DNA from: Octopus vulgaris
Taxonomy: Eukaryota
Direction of reading: 5' to 3'
Length of the DNA: 64,000 bases
NCBI GenBank assembly: GCA_951406725.2
Contig: OX597814.1
Location: forward strand, 73,222,001-73,286,000
In this document: positions 1 to 13,100 of the stretch, in pieces
How the letters are laid out: every line of letters starts with the position of its first letter
How positions within the stretch are numbered: position 1 is the first letter of the stretch
Position numbers and translations under genes: made by a program
The notes under the pieces: model-generated
Database searches by the model: none
Told to the model about the DNA's origin: nothing
The model's input: only the letters and a program-made list of their open reading frames with translations

Positions 1-3000
1 TATGGTTCCTGCAACGAGGAGGGAACCAAGCTGCTGGAGTTCTGCGATGCAAATGATCTTATGGTTTGCAACACTAACTTCAGGAAACCTACCAGCCACC
101 TAGTCACCTACCGATTGGGCCGACATACTAGCCAAATTGACTACATCCTTGCCAGAAAAAGGGAAAGATGGCTGCTTATAAAAGCCAAAACCTTCCCAGG
201 CGAAGAATGTACCCCACAACATAGACTGGTAGTTAGTGACTTTAGGATCAGGACTAAGAGGACGACCAGAAGATGACCAACATGGAGAAGAAGGGTCTGG
301 AAGCTTAAAGATCCTGTGAATGGACAGAGACTTAGGGACATATTACTTGAAGCCTTTGACGAAATAGAAGGGGATATAGCTTCACATGGGGTAGAAGACA
401 ACTGGAGGTCTCTAAGGGACAACCTGCTGAGAGCCACTGACCAGATCTGTGGATGGTGCAAAGTCCCCTATAATCCCAAAATAATGTGGTGGTGGAACAA
501 CATTGTAGACAGGGCTATCAGAGAAAAGAGACAGGCTTGGAAGGACTGGAAGAATGGTGGTAGCAGGGAATTGTATCAGACTGCCAGAAGAGAAGCTAGG
601 AGACAGGTTTACTTAGCCAGAGGGGAAGCAGATCAGAAAAAATTTGCCAATGTTCAGCGCCGTGAGGACCAAAGACTTGAGGTATTTCGTGTTGCAAGAC
701 TGTGTGAATGAGAATCGTGATGTTGTAGGAGAGAAATGTGTTTGCATGGATGATGGTTCACTTGCACTAAGTGAGGCTGCAGAGAAGTTTGGAGACACCA
801 CTATGAAAGGTTGCTGAATAAAGAAAATGATTGGGAGAAAGAGAGTCTGCCAAATGTCGACCCAACAGAGGGACCAGCTATCCGAGTTGACAGTACCTTG
901 GTAGATAAAGCAATTAAGAGTATGAAGACAGGGAAAGCCCCCCCCCCCCGCCCATCAGGAATCACTGCAGAGATGCTCAAAATATCTGGCAGTGTCGGCT
1001 ATAACCTAGTCACCCGTATAATTAACCAGGTGATAGACGAAAGAGTCATACCCAATGATTGGTGTAGCAGCATAATAGTCAACTGCTACATAGGTAAAAG
1101 TGACATTTTAGATATAAATAATTACAGAGGTATCAAGTTGTTGGATAAGGTAATGAAGGTCACGGAGAGGGTCATAGCCCAACTAGTTAGGGAAAGAGTC
1201 AGTTTAGATGAGATGCAGTTTGGGTTTGTGCCAGGGAAAAGCACCACTGATGCTATATTTCTGGTAAGATAGCTGCAGGAGAAATACCTAGCCAAAGATA
1301 AACCTCTGTACCTGGCTTTTGTTGACAGGGTCCCCCAATCTCTTATCTGGTGGTCAATGAGGAAACTAGGGATAGATGAATGGCTAGTGAGAGATGTACA
1401 GGGATGCTGTCAGTAAGGTGAGGGTTGGTAACGAGTACAGTGAAGAATTCCGGGTAGAGGTAGATGTCCACCAATGTTCAATCCTCAGCCCCCTCCTATT
1501 TATCATAATCCTCCAGGCAATAACAGAGGAATTCAAGACAGGATGCACCTGGGAGATCCTCTATGCTGACAACCTTGCTCTAATTGCTGAGTCACTATCA
1601 GAACTCGAGAAGTTTCAGGTGTGGAAACAAGGATTAGAATCGAAGGGCCTTAGAGTCAACCTAGCTAAAACCAAAGTCCTAATAAGTAGGGTGGCAGGCA
1701 AACCACAAATCCCTTCAGGTGGATGGCCCTGCTCGATCTGTAGAAAAGGTGTAGGTAGAAACTCTGTAAGATGTACCCAGTGTAAGCTATGGACACATAA
1801 GAGGTGCAGCAATATCAAAGGAAGGCTAACTGGGAAGATAGTTTTTGTATGTGGCAGATACTCAGGAGTAATAAACACTGAAAATGTGCAGAGAACAACT
1901 TCCGCCACATTCCAGGGAGAAAAACTAGAAGTAGTTGATAGCTTCTGTTACCTAGGTGACCAAATCAGTAGCGTAGGAGGGTGCACTGAAAGTGTAGCTG
2001 CTAGAATAAGAATAGCCTGGGCTAAGTTCAGAGAGCTCTTACCTCTACTGGTGACAGGGCCTCTCGCTCAGAGTAAAAGATAGACTGTACGATGCATGTG
2101 TACGAACAGCCATGCTACATGGCAGTGAAACATGGGCTGTGACAGCTGAGGATATGCGTAAGCTCGCAAGGAATGAAGCCAGCATGCTCTGATGGATGTG
2201 TAATGCCAGTGTGCATACTCGACTGAGTGTTAGTACCCTGAGAGAAAGGTTGGACCTAAGAAGCATCAGATGTGGTGTGCAAGAAAGACGACTGCGCTGG
2301 TATGGTCATGTGGTGAGAATGGATGAGGATAGCTGTGTGAAAAAGTGCCATACCCTAGCAGTTGAGGGAACCTGTGGAAGAGGTAGACCCAGGAAGACCT
2401 GGGATGAGGTGGTGAGGCACGACCTTCAAACATTGGGCCTCACCGAGGCAATGACTAGTGACCGGGACCTCTGGAAATATGCTGTGCTCCAGAAGACTCG
2501 GCAAGCGCAAGTGTGACCATAACCTTGTGGCCTATGCTAGGGGGTAACCAGTCCACTTATGCATGCCTTTTCTTCATTGGACACTAAACTCTGCTTGTGA
2601 AGACCAGTTGAGGCAAGTGAAATTGAAGTCGAAATCAAACTCGGTGACTGACAACCGTTGCTAGTGGAGCGCTAAGAGTACCATACGAGTGAGATCATTC
2701 CTGAGCAACAAACTGGTCTTCGTGCTGGTGGCACGTTAAGCACACCGTTTGAGCGTGATCGTTACCGCGTCGCCTTACTAGCACTTGTGCTGGTGGCACG
2801 TGAGACATTCAAGCGAGGACGTCGCCAGTGCTGCTGGACTGGCTCCTGTGCAGGTGGCACATAAAAAGCACCATTTGGACGTGGCCGTTGCCAGTACTAC
2901 CAAACTGGCCCTCATACCGGTGGCACGTAAAAGCACCCACTACACTCTTGGAGTGGTTGGCGTTAGGAAGGGCATCCAGCTGTAGAAACTCTGCCAGACC

Positions 3001-3057
3001 TCAGTCAAATCGTCCAACCCATGCTAGCATGGAAAGTGGACACTAAATGATAATGAT
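1..3057 (+). mobile_element. RTE-clade non-LTR retrotransposon (decayed, begins upstream of window), intronic to EDC4
   Basis: Frameshifted ORF2 pieces: APE endonuclease end (TY...SQIDYIL...PQHRLVV), RT (NYRGIKLL, QFGFVPGKSTTDAIF, SILSPLLF, LYADNL), PHD-like insert, thumb (DSFCYLG), C-terminal RLRWYGHVVRM...GRGRPRKTW; ORF ends 2516; ~540-bp 3' UTR ends in a (TGA/TAA)n tail. Confidence 0.93.
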
Positions 3058-3104
3058 ATGTGTGTATACTAACCATTCATAATGTTTCTTTTCTATTTAA
3101 TCAG

Positions 3105-3200
3105 TGTCTCTTTTTGGAAGTATGCTGTTACAGGAGGTAATTACAATCAGGAATTGAAAGTATGGAGTTGTGTCTCCTGGACCTGTTTACAAACAATTAG
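3105..3200 (+). CDS. EDC4: EDC4 exon (VSFWKYAVTGGNYNQELKVWSCVSWTCLQTIR)
   Basis: tcag|T...AG|gtatat; WD40 region. Confidence 0.92.
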
Positions 3201-6200
3201 GTATATAACCTTTATAATCTGGTCTTTTATTTTGGCCCATTTTTACTTCATTGTCTACATAATTAGTTTGCATTTTTCCAACTGTATTTTCAGTTGAATT
3301 CATGATTTTTCCTGTATTTTAATATCTTTCATTGACAGATTCTTAGATCCACCATCACATCTTGAGACCAAAACTGAGCTTTGCATGAAAGTTGCATTAG
3401 ATTTAAGTGCACGATATTTAGTTTTAACAGATTTCCGACGCAAAGTAAGTTAATGTTTTTTTTTAAACCTTTTAAATGTTCATTTTTCCCTTCTCTATTT
3501 TTACCATTGTCTCTGTTTTCATCGATGTATTGTTCCTGTAGTTGATATAAAAAACAGTTTTGTCATACACCAATTTCTTGAATGCATTACAATTCCTCTA
3601 TGTTCAACACTAAGTTTATAAACTTAGTCATACTGTATCTACTAAGGTTTCAACACTCTCAGTCATATATACCAAATTTATTCATTGTTTTCAATGGTTG
3701 ATCAGTACTCATCATCTTTATTATGATTATTATTTCCATGCTTGAATGAATTGGACAGGTGTTCTCTATCACAACGTCTCTGCATTTTTTGTGGTCTTTG
3801 TCATCTCTTTAGTGGATTTCAGTTTTAAGATCATTTGTCACTACCCCTTCCCATTTCTTCCTTGGTTTTCTCTTCCAAAGATTTCTTGTTTTGGATTATT
3901 TGGCACTTCTTTACCAAACTATTCTCCTCCATACATATCATGTCTGCACCAATGAAGTTTTCTGTCTTGCACACTGCATTTGATTCCTTTTATTCCCAAT
4001 TTTTCTCTCAGGTCATTTGTGCTTTGCACACTAACATTACCCATCCATTGGAGCATTGTTTGCATCATTTCTTTCCAGCTTTTGTACTCCTTTGTATTTG
4101 ATGCCCATGTTTCACTCCCATTCAGCATCATACTTCATGCACACGCACCATACAATCTAATCTTCACTTGGAGACTTCCATTGTTGCCATTGAGGTAACT
4201 GCCTGAACTTTTTCCAATCCAGTCTTATTCTGGCTACTTCAGGCCTTTTAGGTTACAAGCTATCAATAACTTCTCAGAAAATTTTTGATCATTCGTATGA
4301 CTTTATTTCATAGGTGTTCTTATTGCTAATTATTACTGTGCATCTGCTACATGACAAAATCTATTTTTTTCCCTGTCAGGCCTGCTTGAGACTCCACTGC
4401 ATCTCTTGTGCATCAAAAGTTTACATTTGGAAGATGGTATAGAGTCCCTACTTAATCCTTCTCTGCATTGAACGAGGCCATCTTCCAGATGGCAGTAGAA
4501 TCCTATCTGCTTTTTTGTTCCTGTTAACTAAAACTTTTGAATTTTACTATGTTTACTTTGAGACTTCTTGATTCTAGGCTTTTATTTCATGTTTGGAATT
4601 TCTCCTCTAATTCTGTTCAATAGCTTCAGCTAATTTTCTTTGAGAAGAATGATAATTGTGTATTTTAAGTGTTAACTTTTGACATGTATCAACTGGAGTT
4701 AGTATGGCTAATAGTTTGTGGTTTAGAGGTCATACTTTATAAAAAAGCTATATAGGAAAGCTTTTTATGTTATGTAAATATTTTAATATTCTTCAACATA
4801 TTGTTGTTTGATATTTTCTTCATAGGTTCTGTACATTTTGAACTTGCACCAAGACCACAAAGCTGAAACAGTTTATATATCATCAATCTCTGAATTCCTA
4901 CTTGCCCGACCATGTCTTAGTTTTGCTATACTTGATGCCCGTTCTGAAAAATTCCGTCAGTCTCTTGAAGATGACACATTTCTTGAAGAATTGACTACTG
5001 GTAGGGTTTTTTTCCTATCAACTTTTACTAAATTACTTGACTATTTTTTTCATTTTGTGTAAATTTTATTTCTATTTGTGTGTGTCTGCATTTATTTTTC
5101 CATGCTAGTTAGGGATGGGTTTTGCAAATTTAAACTTCTGTATACTATTGAAACAGTTGTTTTTGAGTTTTTTGGATATGGACCTGGGCATGTGGTTAAG
5201 AATTACACTTTACAAAAATATCTGCTACTAATTAAATTTGATAGATGATATCATTTGATATATATAATGTTTATATTTCAGTACAGGGTGAAAGGTAGAA
5301 CATTTAAACAAAAATACCATGTGGTATTCATGCTTCACAGTCAGCTGTTTTTGTGCTAATGTTCACTTTGCATTTAGCATCTTTCAAGATAGCTGAAATA
5401 TGTACCAAAGAAGTACTGGGGTTGATATATTCAACTAAAAACCCTTGAATGTAGTGTTGTAATTGAATGACTGAAATATTTAAATAAATAAATTACAGAC
5501 TTACAAACCTGGTGAACTGTTACTATCAAATTAACTGAAGCAACCAGTGTTTCCTACAGACATGAAGCTGTAGTCATAAATGTACTGTCTTGATGGAACT
5601 AAAATATCTAAATAGCTTCTTTTGATTATAAAATATATTATTAAAAAGCATCTAAAGAAATGCATTTTCAACTTAAATATTTGTGTTCTTAAATTGAAGG
5701 AGAAATTGAGCAGGATAATTCTAAGAAACTTTTTGAGGATGAAGATAGTACAATAGTTGATGGTGTTCTTGTTGAGCTGTATGCTGTTCATAGCACGTAA
5801 GTAGTAATTAACAATTAACTTGTGTGGAAAATAGTGATTGCTTAATTTAGAAATATATTGTCCTCATATTTCAAAATATATTCATTTCTTTATCTTGCTA
5901 AAATTTTTTTGTTTTTTTACAGAATATTGCAAGAGCTTAATATTCGATTCAAAACTGAAGTTGCTCAATCTGACAGTGAAGTTCAGGCTGTTGGTTCTAA
6001 ATCACAAGATGGGATAGGTAAGTGTGATGAGAAATTAATACTGGTATTATGTAGTTTGAATGTCTGTTAGTGGTTAAAACCTAAATTTTTATGAGGCGAG
6101 GGTTGGCAACAGGAAGGGGATCTAATTAGAAAAAAAATTAATAAACTCTTTGACTCATGGTGAAGTGGATATTAAAATGACGATGATGAATATTTTGTTA

Positions 6201-7088
6201 GCTTTGAGTTTAAAATCATCTACTAGCTTGAAATCATCATCATTTAGCGTCTGTTTTCCATACTGGCATGGGTTAGATAGTTTGACTGAAGATGGTAAGC
6301 CAGAGAGCCGCAACAGGCTTCAGTTGTCTGTTTTGGTTTGGTTTCTATGACTGGATGCCCTTCGTAATGCCAACCACTTTACAGAGTGTACTGGGAGTCT
6401 TTTATGTGTCACCAGCATGAGTGCCCCTTACATGTTGCTGGTACAGTTACTTTTTACGTGTCACCGACACTGGTCATGACCATGATTTCACTTAGCTTGA
6501 CATGTCTTCTCAAGTACAGCAAATTGCCAGATGCCTTGATCACTTGTTATTACCTCTGTGAGACTCATCAACCAAAAATCATGTTTCAGCACCTCGTCCC
6601 TTGTCTTCCTGGGTTTACTTTTTCCACAGCTTCCCTCCTCAATAGGTAATGGGAAAAAAAAACTCACAATAATGTACTCTCTGTAAGAGGTTCTGATGCT
6701 GTCAAGACCTGCAATAATTTAATCACATTGTAATGTCTTCAACAGGAGAAAGAAATCATGTTAGTCTTTTTGACTGATCTTCTTATTAGTATTTTTGATT
6801 GTGACTACTCAAACCTCAAATCAAGGAGGAACTTCTATATTTGCGAGGCTTATTAAAAGCATGTTATAGTACTAAGCTTTACTTATGAATACTCAGCATT
6901 ACAAAATCTAATCCCTTATGATGACCTTGCTCATGTTTCAGAGCCAAAGCTGTATAAAGATTACAAAATCTGTATATCTATTTGGAGTTAGAAAATACTT
7001 TTGTCTTGGAAACCTACTAATATCCCTCTGCTAGTCAGAAGGCATCCTAATCTAGAGCATTGTCCACACATTTGAACTCCCTACCCCA

Positions 7089-7126
<38 letters not shown>

Positions 7127-10100
7127 TCATCATCTTGCTTTCTTTCTCTCACAATCGTAGATAAAACTCTACAATCCCACTGGCCCTCTTATAGATTGTT
7201 ACCTCTTTTGAGGTTGGGTGGTAAATCTTTTGGGCTAGTTGTCCACATTTGAAGAAGCATTATGTGATATTATTCAGAAGAGATCATTATACTTTTTGCT
7301 TTAATCAATATAGGTGAGAATAAACATTTTTCCATTTCAGAAAATGAATATTTGAATGCATTTTTTTTAAAAATTTTAGTTTTAAAAGATGGACTTTCTG
7401 ATGTCAGTAATATTATGGATACATCCGTCCCTGATTCCAGTGAGTCTTCTCGTGGAGAAAAAGCTCCTGTACTTCTCACACCTGATGCCTTTACTAGGTT
7501 AATATTTGTTAATATCTCCTTTTGTTTTATTACATCCATCTTTTCATTATTAATGGAAAAATAAAATAAATTTGAAATGAAAGGTAGAATCTGGATACTG
7601 TTTTTTGTGAGTTAAATTAACTGCTATGTTGTTGGCTTTTATTGTTCTCATTAACTGTTAGGGTCTAGTTACTAATTTTAAGTGCTTTGCACAAGATAAA
7701 TAATACTGGTTTAGCTGTTGAGTGGACATTGTCATGTAGGTTATAATATCTCCATTAATAACTCTGATTGTCTTGATAAGATTAAGGGTAAATTTTGAAG
7801 TGAGATCATTTTGTCTTTGCTTATATATGGTTTAATATTTATACTTTTGATAATACATTGTAATGATATGTATTTATTTTTCAGTAAACCCTACTCTCTC
7901 CAAACTATTTCTGCAAATAGTAGTTTTACTCAAGTTTCTGCGATGGAGGACAGTACAGAATGTCACCCTCTTGCAACAGGTGTGGGAAGAAATGGCAATA
8001 GTGATGCTGTTGCTACTGCTGCTGTTAGTGTTACAGCTTGTAATAATACCGTGTCACATACCTCCAGCCCTAATAGCAGTCTAGTCTCATCTCAATCACC
8101 ACTTAAGAATAAAGATACAAACATGACTTCGGTGTCCACAATTTCACCTGTGGTTTCTATTGATTCTTCCCATTCACCAGTTGTAACTAATCTACCATTA
8201 CAGAACATATTTTCAGAACCAACAAAGATCAGTGTTGAAGAGCTATTCAAGATGAGCCAGCAAGTTTCGGTGAGCAGTGTAAGGCTTTTATTATTTCTTT
8301 GTGTAAAATACAGATTGAAATAAAATATGTGTATGTATGATGAGATACAGATTGAATACATATGTGAAAACGTGATGAAAAAGAAGAGGTTATTCTAAGG
8401 GTAGCCAAGTTAATCAGTTCTTCTATATTATTAATACTTATGTTATCGAATCAGAAAAGTTGACTGTGCATTGATTTATAACTCAGTACGGAAGGGAGTT
8501 AAACTAGAATACTATGGTGTATCTGATCTGGAAATATACTATCTTAGTCCTTTCACAGTTCTTGACTTGAGGCTAAATGTTTTTGTAAGAAGATTATATA
8601 TTTTTTAAACTCACAATGCACAAATCTTTTAAACTATATGAGTTTCTACTTTCTGACATCAATTTTTTTTAATGTAAATTGCTTTAACATTCTTACTTTG
8701 GTTAGTTTCATTTTTACATTTTTTCTCATTGCTTCAGGAAGTAAAAGAATATACATATAAAGGTTTTTCTATTATAAACTAATAGCTGGATATTTTTTTT
8801 TCTTTGAGTTCTGCTTATTTTTGAAATTTATGCTAAGTTGTTTTTAACTTGTAAATTTTCCCTAAGTATTCTACTGAATACCAGAAATTATTTTCTGATT
8901 ATATAAAATTGTTTTAAGCCATTCTTTCAATCATAATTAGCAAGCTTTTCTGATTTAAGATATAGCTATAAACCCTTGTAGCTACAATATTATTGTCTGT
9001 TTCAGTCAGTTAGCTATTTGTTTATAGTTATATTTGTTGATCTTAAAACGATAATGTAGAAGTACAAATTAAATTTCTTCTGAATAGAAATATTTAAATT
9101 TTAACTATAAACATACTGTAATCATTTGAAATTGTATACTGCTGTTTTAAGTATTGCTACAAATTATTGATATTCTTTAATCCTTTAATTGTCTCTTTCA
9201 CTAGAAATATATTTGTGCATTTCAGTTAATTATGAAAATAATCAAGAGGGTTATTGATTAAGGTCTGAGAAAATAGCCAACATCTGGTGTCTGATAGAAT
9301 GTTTTTCAGCATTTAATTTTATTTCTCTATATTCCAATTTCAAATTTGTCTATGTATGACTACTTTCATCTTTACAGAGAAAATAAGTATTTGTTTTATA
9401 CTAAAAATAAGCTGATTTTTCTCTAAAGAAGAAATTAACCTTGTGATTATTTAAATCAAATGTTTGTTACTGAAATGATTAACATAAAGTGATTTTTGGT
9501 AATTTGTTACCCTTGTATCACTAGTGGATATGATTTATGTAAGAAAGTGTAAAAATGAAAGTGATTTGGTAATGTAAATAAATGAAAACTGATGAACTAA
9601 AGGATATTAATTCATAAAGCAAGCAGTGCTTTTAGCTTAAAATCTTTTTGTAAAAAGATATCACATTATAAATTTATCTTTTATTAGTTTCTCAGCATAT
9701 GTAATTGTTTATATTTGTCTTTCAGCAAGCAGCTGTCGTAGTAAGTGGTTCAATTACCAGCTCAGTTAGCTTAGAAGGAGAACAAGCATTTAGAAAAACA
9801 AGGCGGAAAGATTTTGATGAGACTGATAAAGAAGTTGCTGAAGTAATGGGTGATAAACATGTTGCAGATGAAGTAGATGAAGTATCTCCACTGGAAATTG
9901 AGACTAGCAATATTGCTACAGAATCAAATGTTACAGCAAAAATATCTCCAAGAGAATGGCCCAAACCACCAGATGTCAGCACTGATGGGCCTAGAATTGC
10001 ATCTGAAAAAGTGTGCAATGTGTAAGTGAAAAATATTTTACATAAAAACTCTTTTTTTTTTTCAATTATGTATATTGGGCTTTGTTTGAGAAACTATGAC

Positions 10101-13100
10101 TGACATTTAACGGGAATTTTTTTTGCTGTGGTGAAATCCTGACATCCCTGTGGGATAGTAAGTCATCTGTCCTAAACTGTACAAAGGTGCATGTGCACTG
10201 TCAGTAAGGAACAATATGGTGTGTGCAGGTGCTTTGTGAAGACAGTTGTAGAAGTTGTTGAGAAGAGATGTTGTTTGTTACATGTTGTTTCTGATTTATA
10301 TTTGTATTGTTATAAGTCCACGTTATAAAGTGGCATATACAGTGAGTTCAAAGAAGGACATAACAGTGTTGATGTGACACAACAGTGGTGATAAGACATT
10401 TGAAGTTCATGGTGGACGTTCTTAGCATGCAAGACCTATTAGCTTCTGTGGTTCAATTGCAATGGAACTACAACAGCAACAACAAAAACAAGAGAAACAG
10501 CAAGAACAGGTACAACAGCAATTACAACAACAAAATCAACAGTTGTTGGAATTATTGTTGTAGTCAAAAAACACTTGAGGTTCGTTTTTGGCATACACGT
10601 TTACTAATTCAATTGAAGAATTCACATATAATCTGGAAGAAGGAATTACATTTTCTGCATACTTCAGAAGGTATGAAGGAATCTTCAAGGAAGAGTGTAA
10701 AAGCTGGATGGGCGAAAAAAAAGTATGTCTTCTTTTAAGGAAATTATCACCAGCAGAACATGAAAAGTTTTGTAATTACATCTTGCTGAGAAAACCATCC
10801 AAAATTTGTTTCAAGGAAACAATTAAACTATCAGTGAAAGAAGTTCACTATTTAATATTCGCTGGGAATGTTTGAATTTGCAAAAAAAAAAAAAAAAAGA
10901 AATGGAAGATTTTGTCACGTATGCCGGAATCGTAAATAGAGAATGTGAAAAATTTTAAACTTAAATTAAGCCTGGACATGTTTAAATGTTTAACCTTTGT
11001 ACAAGAATTAACAACAAATAAAGATGCAGAGGTAAGGGCTCGAATATTGACAAAGCTTGAACAAGATTCAAAACTAACCCTACAAATAGTGGCTGAAGAA
11101 TGCCAAAGAATTATAAAATCTATGATAGGACACAGAAAAATTGAAAAACATTATTCAAATATACATACATGTCGACTGGTAACAGATATGAAAAAAGAAA
11201 AACAACAGTCAGTATCCAAACCATGTTATGGGTGTGGAGAAACACATTTCGAAAGAAGCTGTCCTTTTAAGAAGCTAGAATGTTGTGAATGTGGGAAAAT
11301 TAGACACAATTCACATTGTTGGGTGAAACAAAAAAGGTTGAATGAAAAAAATTTGAGAAAAAAAATATTGTCAGTGCAAAGTGAACTATTGCCAAACATA
11401 CCAAACATGCATGAGCTAAAACTTTTTGCGCGATATGGTGTCCCAGACACTATAGTATCTGATAATGGAACGCAGTTCATGTCAAAGGAATTAAAAAACT
11501 TTTGCAAAATGCATGCAATGGAGCATATTGCTACTCCATTATACCTTTCGAGATCGAATGGACGAGCAGAATGCTTCGTAGACACATTTAAGAGGGCACT
11601 GAAAAAAATCTAGAAATGAACTACTAGCTGATACTGCATTGACATAATTCTTAAGTGTCTACTGAATAACACCTAGCCCCAATACCACATCAGATATGTT
11701 GCCAGCTGAACTAATGTTTGCCAGGAAAGTCAGGTCAGTGTTTGACAAATTACTACTGGGAAGAAAAAAATGGAGAGAAAAACTGAAAATAAGATGAAAT
11801 ACTTCAAAATTGGTGACAAGGTTTTTTTTTGAATATACAGAAATGGAAAGGAAAGTTGAGAAGAAGGTATGATAAGTAAACATTTAGGAAAAATAACGTA
11901 CATGGTAAAAGGTCATATGTGGGAACACAAGAGACACCTAAACCAAGTGGAAAAAAATTTACGGAAGAAAAAATAAAACATGAAAAGCCAATGGAATTTC
12001 TTTATGACATTTTTGATGTTCTGTTACCTCAAGGAATAATCAAACCAATGAGTACAGCGACTAGGAAAAGAAAGCAAACAGAACTTTTGCAAGTAGACCC
12101 AAGACGAAAAAAATATTCCAGTTTCTTCCTGGGAAATTGGCAGGGTGAGATGAGGGGAAGGCTGGGAGAGGTGGTAATAAAAGATAATAAATAAAAGAAA
12201 AATATTGACTTCCAACGAAAGTCAAACTCAAAAAGGGACGATGTTGTGGTGAAATCCTGACACCCCTGTGGGATAGCAAGTCATCTGTCCTAAACCGTAT
12301 AAAGGCACACTGTCAGTGAGGGACAGTGTGGTGTGTGCAGGCACTTTGTGAAGACAGTCACAGAAGTCATTGAGAAGAGATTGTTTGTCACATGTTGTTT
12401 CTGATTTATATTTGTATTGTTATAACCTTGTTATAAAAAGTCCACATTATAAAGTGGCTTATACAGTGTGTTTGAAGAAGGACATCACAGTGTCAATGAG
12501 ACACAACACTTTTTCAGTTACAGCAGCTTGCTTTGCTTAGTAGTAGATATTTTTAATATTTAACTTTTACATTTACCTTTGTTTTAATAAAATTTGAAGT
12601 ATTTAATAAAATAGCTATCATATTAAACATGGGAACATAATTAACAATGAAATTTTGATGAAAGATTTTAATCTTGATCATTATAAAACAGGAAGTTTGT
12701 ATCATAGAACCAGGCGCTGTCTCATATGGGTTAGTATCAAAATAGTTAAAGTGATACACAAATGGCCAATAATATTTCACTATCTGACCAAGAAGTAGAG
12801 CATTAGGTGCACTAAATCAATTGGATAGCTAATAGCAAACACAGCTGGACTGCTCAAGCATTTGCTGTTATTCAGGTGTCCTAATTGATGTTAGATAGCT
12901 CATGATAGTTTAACAAGTAGATTTTAAACATAGAAGAGTAGCTAGGTTAACTGCTACCTTTGTTGGAACAAATGGCTTCTCTTTGCCAGACTTTTTTAGA
13001 TGCAAGAAAAGTAAAACTTTGGTAGCAAAATGCTGTGAATCTGCAGTAATTGGACAGGAATTGTGTATGATCCAGTTGATGTGGCATGTCAATTGAAGGA

